A stretch of DNA of 64,000 nucleotides from the human T2T-CHM13v2.0 reference genome, Homo sapiens, in assembly GCF_009914755.1 (NCBI RefSeq), contig NC_060944.1; one strand, written 5' to 3'. Each line of letters begins with the position of its first letter. The stretch's first letter is position 1. Positions 1-13,204 of the stretch are shown one piece after another. The notes beneath the pieces are model-generated. The model made no database searches and was not told the origin of the DNA. It saw nothing but the letters and a program-made list of their open reading frames with translations. The position numbers were made by a program, and so were the translations under genes.

Positions 1-207
1 GGGTAACATAGTAAGACTCCCATCTCTACAAAAAATTAAAATTAACCAGGCATGGTGGCATATGCCTGTAGTCCTAGCTACTCAGGAGGCTGAGGTGGGA
101 GGATGGCTTGAACCAGGAGGTCGAGGCAGCAATGAGCCATGATTGTGCCACTGCATTCCAGCCTGGGTGACAGAGTGACAGCCTGTCTCAAAAAAGAAAA
201 GAAAAGA
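1..207 (+). mobile_element. Alu (AluJ-like), truncated by the window start
   Basis: Central A-rich linker, right arm GCCTGTAGTCCTAGCTACTCAGGAGGCTGAGG...CCAGCCTGGGTGACAGAG, A-rich tail. Confidence 0.95.
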
Positions 208-539
208 TACAAAAGAAATATTGAATCAAAAAATATAGGTAAAAGTGAAACAAAAGGAAATTTAAAAATAAATATGTATCAATAGATAAAAAATGGTAAA
301 ATGAACAAGATGTGGAAAATGTTGTAGTCTCTACATCTGGCCTAATATTTAATCTAAGAATCTAATGCAAATTTCTTACATCATGAATAAATATGGATGA
401 TGGGCCTACAGATCAGATACATTTTAATAATGAGCAGACTAAGTGAGGCCTCATACCTCTCATCTCCATGTGTAACCTAATTAATCGGGCCATTTCAGTT
501 GCAGAACACTCACTTCCATAACTGTCTTCTACTTCAGAA

Positions 540-1035
540 GTGTGTGTTTCAGTTAGAATTTGATTTGGGTGCAGATGCCTATGATAGACAATGCAAACAG
601 TGACTTAAAGAAATAAAAGTTTATATTCCTCTCACATAAAAAAAATTTAAATTTAAATAGTGCAGGGCAGATTTAGCACTCCACGGTGCCAAGAATATGA
701 GCTTCTTTTATTTTGTTGCTCTTGGCCTTCACTTTATGGCTCAAAATGGCTGCTGAAACTCCAGACATCAAACCTGCATTCCAGCCTGCACAGTAGAGGA
801 AGGAAGTAAAGAAGGGTAAAGGCTCATTTTCTAAGGAAATTGCTCATCAGCCTCACACAACACTTCCTCATACACTGCATTAGCCCAATTTAGTCATATG
901 ACCACACCTATCTGCAAGGAAAGCTGAGAAATGTTGTTCTTGTTCTCAGGGGAGATGTATGTGCCCAGCTAAAAATAAGGTGTTCTGCCACCAAAGAAGA
1001 AGAGAAAGGGGATATTGAAGTTCAAGTGGTAATCT
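540..1035 (-). mobile_element. MLT1-family (ERVL-MaLR) LTR
   Basis: Resembles MLT1 motifs (CAGTGACTTAAA...GTTTAT, AAGATGGCTGCT-like, GTCATATGACCACACCTA...TGCAAGG); boundaries approximate. Confidence 0.6.
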
Positions 1036-1123
1036 TAGACATATAAAGTCATCAAAATTATTTCCCCCCCAAACCCTTTTGAGAAACTGAGTGCGTAAAG
1101 ATAGATTATGACTGGGCACGTCA

Positions 1124-1513
<390 letters not shown>

Positions 1514-2169
1514 TTAAATAATGCAGGAGATTTTAACTGATTGCAGCCCAATTTGTTTCCATATCCCCAGAGGCCATCCCAACCCAGAGGCTTTCCCATA
1601 GAACCGTGGGGAAAGATCTCAATTGTCTACACTCTGGCTCTGAGATAAGGCAGCGCTCTCTCAGCCCTTTAAAGGGGGAGAAGGATGTTAGTTCTATTCC
1701 TTAGGCAAGAGGGCCTCACCTGTGGCCATTCAACCCCAGGTTCTGCAAGAGTGAGAAGCAGAAAGCCTACTTTGCGTTGCCTCTACCTGAGGAGAAGAAG
1801 CCAGGTGTGCTCTCAGATGGTCGGGGTAGTGCTTGGGAAGATGTCGGGAGGACCGGGTAGAAAGCTGAGAGTGAGCTTCCCTTTGCTCACTGGCTTCTCA
1901 GCCAAAAACCGCTGGAGTGGAAGAGGGACATTATGGGCCTGCAGCAAACTCTCTCTCAACCTTCAGTTTCCCAATGTATAAAATGAGTATGATGAAACTT
2001 GCCTCATAGATTCATTACAAGGGTTGTTTAAAAAACATTTACCAAAGTGCCCGCTGTATACCTCCATTTAATGCATGCAAGTTCCTTTCTCTTCTTCCTT
2101 TTGGAATAACATAACCTGATTGTAAGAACATGTTTCCACAAGACAACATGATGAGAAATGTTTGGCAAG

Positions 2170-2686
2170 ATCTAGAATTGCAGTATGGTAGCCACTGACC
2201 ACATGTGGCCATTAAGCACTCCAAATGTGTCTATTGTAACTAGGAACTGAACTTTTAATTTTATTTCATCTTAATTCATTTAAACTTAAATTTAAAACCT
2301 GCTGCTTGATTAGAGTATTGAAAAATATTTAAACGTATTTGGAACAATTTGGGTATGTGAATTTCCTCTTTCAACTATAAATCTTACAAAATCTAAACAC
2401 AGATCGAGTATTCCGAATTAAAATTTAACATTCAAATTAAAATGTGCTACATGTAACAAATACATACAAGATTTCAAAAAATATACTATAAAAAAGAGAA
2501 TGTAAATAAAGTCATTGATAATTTTTATGTTAATAACTTTCATGTTGAAATATGTTGATATATTGGGTAAAGTAGAATACAATATAAAACTAATTTGTCC
2601 TGTTTCTTTTGACTTTTCTGATGTGATGATTAGAACATTTAAAGTTACATAAGTGGTTTGCATTATATTTCCAGTGGACAGTGCTA
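2170..2686. mobile_element. hAT-Charlie DNA transposon relic (Charlie1/MER3/MER33-like)
   Basis: GGTAGCCACTGACCACATGTGGCCATTAAGCAC and terminal TGGACAGTGCT typical of this family. Confidence 0.7.
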
Positions 2687-4395
2687 AGCAGAGGATAGCA
2701 AATAATCATTTGGATTGAGTCTTCTCACCAGACTGGCTAGTGATTTTGGCCTTGCACAGACATTTCATTAATTAACCGAGCACCTATCCTGAGCTGGGGA
2801 TAAAGTAGCAGTTGAATCAGAAATAAGCACATAAGCAAACATTGTAAATAAGACAATTTCTGATAATTATCATAAGCAGAAGGAAGGAAATAAAGTAATA
2901 AAAGAGAGAATAATTACCCAGAAATGGAGCTGGTTTCTTTACATGGGAGGGCAGGCAGAGAAGGCCTCTCAGAGGAAGGACATTTGAGTTGAGATTTGAA
3001 GGGTAAAGATGAGCTAGAAGTGCAAAAGTTTAGATGAGGGGAACATTTTACAGAAATATTAAATGGTTGTGCTCAAGGTCAGATAGCAAGCTGCTAAGTC
3101 AGACTAGCATTATATACCCAGACTGATCTGTGCCTAAGTCTGTGATCATATCCATTTGTGAGAGATGCTAATTTCCACTCTGACAAAATTGTTGACACTA
3201 ATGAACTGCCCTCCCCCTTCCCCATTATACTTCAGCAGGGTATTGGTGGGGCATTTCCCAGTTATATTCCTAAGAGCAGAAATCGAAAACAACAGTTCTA
3301 TACAGGTAGGCATATGTCATATCTTGGAGAAAAGCATCCTTTCTACTCTTTTCAGCCTCTTGACTTCCTATGACAAGAACCAATTACAAATACTGCAGAG
3401 CAAGAATCAATGAAATAAAGAAATAATGGGAATGATTTCTGAGGACAGGAATTAAATAAGTGTGTCTTTCCAAAGCTATGACTTAATGGGGTCAGGATAA
3501 CAAGCTCCAGGAATAGAAATGACCTAATGGGAAAATAACGGCAATTCTGAAAGAGGAATAGTGGGGATTTTGGTGTAAGGGACTAACCATCATTACAGTC
3601 CCATGGGAAGTTATTAGATCTGGAAAGGTAGGCATCCCTTCATGCTTCTATAGACCGAAAAAAAAAATGGATGTAATCAGCCATGTCGAGTTACAGAATT
3701 TCATAGGCAAACTAATGATGGAGCACCAATTTTTTCTCAGACTTAGGACCTCCAATATTTTTCTTTAACTCTGGGGGCTGCTGTGAAGTTACAAATATAT
3801 GGTATGGAGCCATTTAAGCTCCAGATCTTGACCTTTTTTTTTTCTGATGCTGCTGCTAAGAGTCCAGAAATCTGGTCAGCCTTTGCTTTACTTCATAAGA
3901 AGAGAAGAGGGCTGAAAAAAATATTCATAGACACCAAAGTGAAGATGGAGAAAGATGACACTGGTGTTACAGGAATAAGCCTGGAGCTGAAGTGATTGGG
4001 AAGCCCAAAAGGACATCAAAATTACAGGATTTAAGACCACAGCCAACGTAGCTGTGTCAAAAGAATAATTCAAGTTTTAAAAACTGATTTTTGTTTAATA
4101 AGAAAAATTATATGTCTACCTCAGAACTCTTTCTTTGGCCCTAGGTTTGTAAATCCAATTTCCCACTTGACTTCCAACCCCAAATAGAAATTAGGATATT
4201 TTATTGTCACCCCAAATGGAACATGGCTAAAATAGAACTTTGGGGTTCTATGCCTAGCTTTTCCTATCTGGGGAAATTGACACTACTTAGTTGCTCAAGG
4301 CATACCATCCCACATCCATTTTATCACCAAGTCCCGTTCATTCTGCCTCCAAAATATATTTAGAAACTTTGTCTTCACTTAACCTCCAGAAAAGA

Positions 4396-4429
4396 GGTTA
4401 GGGTTAGGGTTTGGGTTAGGGTTAGGGTT
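4396..4429 (+). repeat. Short interstitial telomeric repeat, (TTAGGG)2 TTTGGG (TTAGGG)2
   Basis: Read directly: GGTTAGGGTTAGGGTTTGGGTTAGGGTTAGGGTT. Confidence 0.92.
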
Positions 4430-6399
4430 CAAGTTGTCATCATCCTATGTGGCAGCAACAGTCTCTTAACTGGTGCCCTGGCTTCTCTCCTTGACCTCCA
4501 ACCCCCAATCCATTATTCAGATAGCAGTCACAAGCCTACCCAGATCCAGGGGAGGAGATATAGACCCCCAAGCTCTCAATGAAAGGAGTATCTGAGAATC
4601 TGTGGCCATTTTATTCTAAACTGCTGCATTCACTCTTACAGAAATCAGTCTCCATCCTACCTGTTGTAGAGCACTTCTGGCACTCTCACTGCTGCTGTCA
4701 CTGGCCTTGACCAATATGGAAAAAAAAAATCCACACCAACTTCATCCTTTACAACGTCAATATTTTGCATGGTTTACCCACAGAAACAGGGCAGGCCTCT
4801 GTTGAAACCTTAAGGTCTTAATTCAGTCCAGTTCTGTATGTCTTTATTGTTAGCTCTAGTGTTTCAACCATTTATTAGTCAGATGGCCTTTGGCTAATTA
4901 TTTAGTCTCCCTGGGCCTCAGTTTTTTCATCTGAATTAAATGTCCTTGTATCTCATCATTTCTAAGTGCTTTGCAAGTCAGCCAGCTCTATGAGAGTTCA
5001 GCCATTGGCTATGCTCACAGGCCATTGACACACAGTTAATAATAATTTTTTAGTTGCATTAGTTTTAAGAGGGCTTGCTTCTATTTCAACTTTTCACAGA
5101 ACATGATGCAAACCTCCTGAGGATCTGAGCTGTCTTGCCTCCCTCCTCCCCAGCATCTTAAATTATTCTTACCAACTTTTGATGCTTTGATTGTTTCCAT
5201 AGCCAATTTTCTAAAAGCTGCTTTCCTTTTTGACCCAGCCAATTTGTCCCTATGCCAGTTTTCCAAGCAAACCCCTATCTGATTTGGCCTTCTAAAAAAT
5301 TTCTGCAAGGTCTTCTTTTCTTTCTAACTGTTCCAATTTTGTTCTTGAGTCTTCTTATTCAAAAGAGGCTTCTATACCTTTTATTAGCGTACATTTCTAA
5401 CAAAAAGCAGTTTCTCTTGTTTGAATTTTATTTTGCTCTGTGTTAAATGGACAATGCATGCTAAGGCAGAAAACTAAATTCCTTTTACATATTGGAGATT
5501 CATTTAAGCTGGGATAGAAGACAAAGATAATAAATATTTTTCAAAACTATTAAAAATTTTAAAAATCAATCATGATTAAATTGCTTACAAAGAGAAGGAA
5601 TTTGTTTTGTTTATTTTGAAGCCTCTTTTTCTAAATTTTGGCTCTGAAATATATATGACTATATCACACATATATGCAAATGAAAATAATAAAAGTAAGT
5701 TCTAATGAAAAGACATTTAGCACATTTAATCAAACTAAACCACTTTGAGGCATCAACAATCCAGAGGAGTAAGGCTATGTGTGTGTGTTTTAAAATTTTT
5801 ATTGCAGTATAACAATGACATAGAAGAACACACAAGTAATAACTATGTGATCTGATGAATTTTCACAAACTTAAAACACTCATGTAACCAGCAAAAGGGT
5901 TATCTTATTTAAAAAGTCTCACTGATGGGCTCTTGAGAAACACCTGTATAGTTGTCCTACCTTGTTATTAACTTTATGTAAGCATGAGGCTGTCTCTCCA
6001 ACTCAATGATATATTCTACATGGCCGGATAGTAGGACTGTAGTTTATACCACACATTTTTTCTAACATAGTGGTAGCTAAGTGCCCTGGAATGAGGACAC
6101 CCTGAGTAAATGAATATGAACTATATCAGACTCAGTTTATTAAACATTAATACACACAAATCTCTGCTCCACATGCTTTCGATTCCTATTTTATCTTCTA
6201 TATCACTGGCCTTTGCTTCTAAGTCTTTTTGCTGTCACCAACCTCACTGACAAATTATTTAATCAATTATTGACAAAATGCTTAAGTTTCCTAGAACTCA
6301 ACTATTCTTCATCTAAACCTCTCTCTGGCCGAGTTCAGTTGGTCCCATGGCTTTAAATAACACCTATAAGCTAAAGACTCTTGAGTTATAACCCGTACT

Positions 6400-6912
6400 A
6401 CAGCCAATTAATTGCATTTACGGCCCCAATTAATGGCCTTTCTATATCCCTCTCATATCTTGACGTGAGCTGTTGCAAAGTCACATCGCAACAACTCACA
6501 TCAAGAGGTGGAATCTATTTCATTACCCAGTGAATCTGAACTGGCTCTATAACTTTCTTTGGCCAATAGAAGGTTGGGGAATACCAACTGCATTACCAAC
6601 TTTAAGCCTGTGCTTACTCTTGGAGCCCTCCGTCTACCATATGATCAAACCCAAGGCAGCCCACTAAAGAATGAAAAACCACATGGAACATTACACTCAC
6701 TGACAATCAACCAACCCCTGGAAGCAAAGCCATCTAACCAACTTGCAGCTGACTACTGATGCATGAGGTAACTCAAGCAAGACTAAATGAGTCCCCCCAG
6801 CTTAACCCAGCTAAATAAACAACCTGCAACCTCATAGGGTAACAAAATAGTTATTGTTTTAAACTGCTGACTTTTGGTGTGGTTTGTTACACAGCAATAG
6901 CTAACTGATATA
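6400..6912 (+). mobile_element. MLT1-family LTR
   Basis: 3' end TTTGGTGTGGTTTGTTACACAGCAATAGCTAACTGATA matches the MLT1 terminus. Confidence 0.7.
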
Positions 6913-6929
6913 CCAGCTTAGACATATGT

Positions 6930-8270
6930 GTAGACACGTATTCAACACCAATCTACACTTCCATGTAGACATCTCATAGCCATTAAAAAAATCTATACCA
7001 AATTTGATGTTTACCCCATCTAAAAACCTCTTCAATGTTTTCCTTTTGAAAAGTGGCCCCCTTATCTGTCCAGTTCTTCAAGCCAAAACTCTGGACGATA
7101 CCATTTAATTCTTCCTTTCCTTCACTTTCCACATTCAATCCATCAGAAAGTCCTGCTGATTCTAATTTCTGAATTTTTCTTAATCCATTTAGTTCTGTCC
7201 ACTCCACTCACATCATTTCTGCCAGTCTAAGCTGCTAGTGTCTTATGCCAACAGCACTACAGTAGCCTCCTGTCTGATCCCTTCTGAACCTCTCCAAACC
7301 TTTTTTACACAAAAGCTATTTTTGGTTTAAAAATCCTAGAAGATCATGTCGGTTCCCTGCTTAAACCATTCAGAAACTTCTCATCATGCTTAGAATCAAA
7401 TCCAAGCTGAGTATCATGGCCCATGAGACCCTCCATGACCTATTTCCTTTCCTTCTCTCCAGTCTTTCTTCCCGCCACTCTCACTCTTTGACTTACTACA
7501 TTCCAGCCACATTTGCCCAATTTTTTTTTTTTTTTTTTTTCTGAGACAGTGTCTTACCTTGTCACCCAGGTTGGAGTGCAGTGGTGCAATCCCAGTTCAC
7601 TGCAACCTCTGCCTCACAGATTCAAGCAATTCTCCTGCCTCAGCCTCCCTCCTGAGTAGCTGGGACACCAGGAGCATGCCTCCATGCCCAGCTAATTTTT
7701 ATAATTACGTGTAGAGAGGGGGTTTCACCATTTTGACCAGGCTGGTCTCGAACTCCTGACCTCAGGTGATCCACCCACCTCAGCCTCCTAAAGTGCTAAG
7801 ATTTCAGGTATGAGCCACCATGCCCAGCCCATGTTTGCCCTCTTGCTTCTCCTGAAATAGCCAAGCTCTTCCTCATCTGAAGGCTTCTGCTCTTGCTCTT
7901 TAATCTGCTACAAAAATCTCTTTCCTTGCTTCTTGCTCTTTGCCTGGTGTCTTCCTTTACCTCTTTCTTATCCCAGATTAAGTCTCGCCACCTTTTGAAG
8001 GCCTTTTCTGGCCACCCTGTCTAAAGTGGTCTTCCTGTCCCACCATTTTTCTCCATTGTCCCATCCTATTCAGTTCATTGAAAATATTACGATTGCTGAT
8101 TCTTGGTGTATTTACTTAACAATATGTGTTTTCTTGCCTGTCTTTTCTACTAGATTTGAAATCCCATGGGGGCAGGATACCATGTCTACTTTGTTCACTT
8201 AGCATCATAAGTGCTTTCCACAATTTTTGGCCCATGGTAGGCACTCAGTAAACATTAGTTTAATAAACTA
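6930..8270 (+). mobile_element. L2 LINE 3' region interrupted by an Alu
   Basis: Pyrimidine-rich L2 motifs (CACATTCAATCCATCAGAAAGTCCTG; GTAGGCACTCAGTAAACATT 3' end). Confidence 0.7.
7520..7829 (-). mobile_element. Full-length AluS
   Basis: T tract followed by reverse-complement Alu ending GAGCCACCATGCCCAGCC. Confidence 0.96.
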
Positions 8271-9589
8271 ATCTAAGTCTTCCAATAACACTATCAAGTA
8301 GATTTTTATTATCCTAGTTTTACAAATAAGAAATTTGAGGGCAGGCATTATTTGTATTACTCATACTCAGAGTAGAGAGACAGTACGGTAACCAGGCCAA
8401 TATGTCAGAGAAGTGGAGTGGGGACATGAACCCTATAGTTCCTATACAAAGCCCAATCTTTAATTGCTCAATTCCCATGACTTGAAAAACAAGCAATTGT
8501 GCTCTTGAGGGATGGAGTGTTGTAAAGGGATGTGAAGAACAGAATGCTCCAACCCAGACAGGTGTTTCCCCCTCCTTGAACTGATGCTGCCACTCCAAGA
8601 GTCATATCCTCACCCAATTAAATCCAGATGCAGGAAGGTAGGGATAGACAATAATGGCTCTTCTTCATACTTTCCACTCAGAAAAGAGGAAAATAGTTTC
8701 CTGAAGCCTTCAGTGGATATCTAGTTACATTTCATTAGCCAGAATTTGGTTCCACTCCCACTACTATCATTTGCAAGGGAGACCAAGATTGCCACTCCTG
8801 ATTTACGTTCATCACCATTCATCATCACCTGGGCTAGGCTGGTTCCACCCAAATGTATCAAGATTCTGATATCTATGATGGAAGGGAAGAATGGCTATTG
8901 ATCATACCAGCAACAGCATTTGCCATAGAAATTGAATTACTCTAGGTTCTTTTGTCCCACTTTATTCTAGAAAATATGGATGTTATGGATTAAGTCCATG
9001 GACTAAGAAACTTAGAGCTCAATCTGATGATACTGAGTCTTGAAAAAGTTAGTCTACTCTTCTCAGTAATTGATGAACCCATATGTTGTATCCAAATAGT
9101 TCCAACCTCCCAGCAAAGCATAAATTTATATACCTGGCATAGAATAACAAAACCACACAACATAACAAGGCATTGTCCTAATGATAAACCTAAAATTGTC
9201 CTGATAGATAAATCCAGCCATGTTTTAAATTCAGCACTTTATAAGCAACCTAAATATGCTAATATCAAAATAAATCCCTTTTGGTAAACCTCAGTGTTAC
9301 CTTGTTCTCTTCCCCATAAAGACAACTTTTATTTTCCATAAAATTCAATCTACATATTTCTGTTTTACCAGCAGTCATACAAGAGTTGTTGAAAATTATT
9401 TATAGATGAATAGAGGCAAGTTTGGCGTTGCAGAGCTGAGCTTTGGCTGCAAATTGGGAGACTGGGTTCTGGTCCTAGAACTTCCAAAAACTAGCTGTAT
9501 GAATTTAGGCAAGTTACTTCATTTCTTCTTTGGTAAAATATGGAGATTAAAAGGATTATATCTGATAACCCAATTGAAACCACTTGAAC

Positions 9590-9922
9590 AATATATTAGT
9601 AACGGTAATTGATTCTAGCTGTTACAACAAATGGCCCCCAGATTATAGTAGTTTAACATAATTAAAGTTTATTTCTCACCTAACAGTCCAGTTGGATTCA
9701 TGAGGCATTTTTGCTGTCTTTCCTCCAGGCAGTGTTTCAAGAACCCAGCTCCATTCATCCTATGATGCCACCATCCTCAGCATTTGACTTCCATGGCTCC
9801 TGTAAGAGAAGAGAACATGAAGAACAAAACAGGAGGTTTTTATGGGAGGCATGTCAATTTGACCAGATACTTTGCCCAGAACCTTGTCACATGGCCTCTG
9901 CCTAAATGACAATGAGGCTAGT
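9590..9922 (-). mobile_element. MLT1-family LTR (continues briefly after the Alu)
   Basis: CTAGCTGTTACAACAAA...AAAGTTTATTTCTCAC...GTCACATGGCC pattern. Confidence 0.55.
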
Positions 9923-10226
9923 GGCTGGGTGTGGTGGCTCATGCTTGTAATCTCAGCACTTTGGGAGGCTGAGCCAGGAGGGTCTCTTGAGCCTAGGAAT
10001 TCAAGATCAGCCTGGGCAACATAGGGAGACTTCGTCGCTACAAAAAAAAATAAATTAAAAATTAGCTGGGCATAGTGGCACATGCCTGTAGTCTCAGCTA
10101 GTTGGGAGGCTGAAGTGGGAAGATCACTTGAGCTGGGAGGTTGAGGCTGCAGTGAGCCGAGATCACGCCACTGCACTCTAGCCTGAATGACAAAGTGAGA
10201 CCCTATCTCAAAGAAAAAACAAAAAA
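9923..10226 (+). mobile_element. Full-length AluJ
   Basis: GGCTGGGTGTGGTGGCTCATGC start, J-type diagnostic sequence, imperfect TSD AATGAGGCTAGT/AATGAGTCTGGT. Confidence 0.95.
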
Positions 10227-10322
10227 TGAGTCTGGTTAACGTAGCCTGTGAGACCAGAAAGAAGCATCAGGATTGGCGAGTATTAATACCATCTCTACCA
10301 TAAACATTTTTGGAAATATTTC

Positions 10323-10451
10323 TTTTTTTTTTTTAGAGAAAGGGTCTTGCTGTGTTGCCCAGGCTGGTCTCAAACTCCTAGCCTCAAGCAATCTTCCCAA
10401 AATAGCCTCCAAAAGTGCTGGGATTACAGGCATGAGCCAACAAGCCTGGCC
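10323..10451 (-). mobile_element. Alu monomer (FLAM-like)
   Basis: About 130-bp single left arm with T tract, flanked by GAAATATTTCT repeats. Confidence 0.9.
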
Positions 10452-11471
10452 CTAGAAATATTTCTTTCTCTAAATTCAAAGTAACTAGGGGGAATATTAA
10501 TCTCATTCTAAATATTTTATTTTGTCACTCCCTATCCTTTGTTTTCAAACACCTCACACTACTATTATGTGTTATCACGAGTCAACTGTTTACATGTCTA
10601 TCTCCAGCTGTTGGTTGGGAGCTCACTGAAAAAGGAAACCTTTGTAATTCATTTTTGTATCCTGAGGGCTTAGCACAGAGGCTGGCACCTGTTAGACCTA
10701 AGAAGGATTGGCAACTCTGGACAAATCAGAGAAGGAGCGTTGTCAACCCTTTTCTCCTGGTGATGATGATGGTGATGGTCAATGTCCACTCCCAAATATC
10801 TATATTGGGAAGAGGTGGTTTGTAGGGTGAGCATTTGTCTTTTGAGTGTATACTTGAGGGAGGGATGAAATTATGTTTGTTTTATACTCTAGAAAAATTG
10901 GCTAAAACAGCAAATGTAATTTTACAGAATGATGGAGAGGGCATACTGAGGTGGGAGGCAAATAATAGAAGGAGATGTAAAACTGTCAACCTTGATCCCC
11001 ACAGTGATGGGGGATGATGACAGCAGGAGTAAGTTATGGGATGATTGTATGTTTGTGAACCTCAGTTCTTCTGCAGCATGAGCTGGCAGGATCCTCTCCT
11101 TGACCACCTCAGGTGACCTGCTGGAGCCCACTGGTCTCACCAGGAGAGGTCATCGGGCCACCAGACCAACTGAAGTAATAGTTCTTCTTGAGGACAGTCT
11201 CTAGCTCCCCCTCTATCCCATCCCACAGTCCAAAAATGCTACCCAGCATGGCCTAACCCAGAGTCTACCCCCAAATAAGTGATTCTGCAAGTTGCTAGAA
11301 TTCAAAGATGCTCACACCCCAGAATTAGAAAACATCACTGTGGCAGTTTCAGGTTCTCAGCAAGCAGACCAAGAATGCACATGTGAGCTTCCTTTATTTC
11401 AAGTTAAGGATGCATTTTCGGTTTTTAAAGTTCAACAATAATAAAATCAGTTGAAAGCCCAACTTCTAGAG

Positions 11472-11678
11472 CAGTGCTATTCAATATACTAGCACTGGCC
11501 TGTGTGGCTATACAAATTTAAACTAATCAAAACTCAACAAAATTTAAAATGCAGTTCCTCAGTGGCAGTAGCCACATGTTAAGAACTAAATGGCCACATG
11601 TGGCTAGTAGTCACCTTATTGGACAAGGCAGCTGTAGTACATTTCTGTCATCACAGAAAGTTATGTTGGATAGCATTC
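11472..11678. mobile_element. MER3-like hAT-Charlie element
   Basis: CAGTGCTATTCAATA...GCCACATGTGGCTAGT...TGGATAGCA with TCTAGA-containing flanks. Confidence 0.75.
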
Positions 11679-12729
11679 CTCTAGAAGCTGCTTCCGTGAA
11701 GCTGTGTGCCAGCTTTCTAAGTCAAGTTCTGTCAATCCTATTTGGTAGAAAATATGATAAATGTTTTAGAAAATCACAAGAGGACTTTTATTTGGCTGAA
11801 ATTTAAACATATGCATGCAATTTCTTAAAATATATTTTACATATTTGAAGGTTCAGTTCACCTTGGAAAGCCAAATTTCACATCTACAATATGAACAAAA
11901 TTTCAACTTCCTGGAGCTCAGTGATAATTATGGATTATAGGTTAAAAATAAAGTTAATAACTCCTAACAAGAGCATGAGCAATGTAAGACTTTTTCCAGG
12001 TAACATTAGAAGCAAGAAATAACTAAAAAAGGACATTGCTTATTTTTAAGGGTATTATCTCCAAGTACATATCATTTTAAAGAATAAAATTTTGTGTTAT
12101 CTTTTTCAAAGCACAGATATTTCTTGTACATGTTAACCTTCTAGGCTGCACAATAAGATATGACTTCGTTTCTTTCCAAGAAAAGAAGTTAGTTCACCTA
12201 AGAGAAAAATGAATCAGCCTGGATCCTATTTTATTATTGGTCCAGGAGAAGCAAGGACCCTACCTGACTTCAGGGAGACCATCTGGGCTAGTTATTAGAG
12301 CTGTTTATAAAACCCTGGCTCTCCTTCTCTAGGGGTGTGGGAGGGCTCACTTCCCCACTCCCTAAAGTAAAAAAAGGCCACATGACTTGGCTTAAACATG
12401 AGTAAGAGTAATGAATGTCTCTTCCAGAAGAAGCATTTAAGTAACTGTGCTTGATTCATTCCCCTTTTCTCTCTACATTGACAATCATGGAATCCCAAGT
12501 TGGAATCTCCATCAGCAGATAACCACTAGTGAGGACGATTAAGAAAGGCTCTTTTAATCTACATTGGACACATAGCAAGAGGAAAAATAAACTTTTCTTA
12601 TATTAAGCCATTATGAGCATGAGGATGTTTGTTACTGCAGTATAACATGGCCTTTGCTGACCAATACCTCATCCAAATCTAGGTCACATGGCACCAAATG
12701 GCAACACGGTTCTGAGTCTTTTGTTTCTA

Positions 12730-13204
<475 letters not shown>

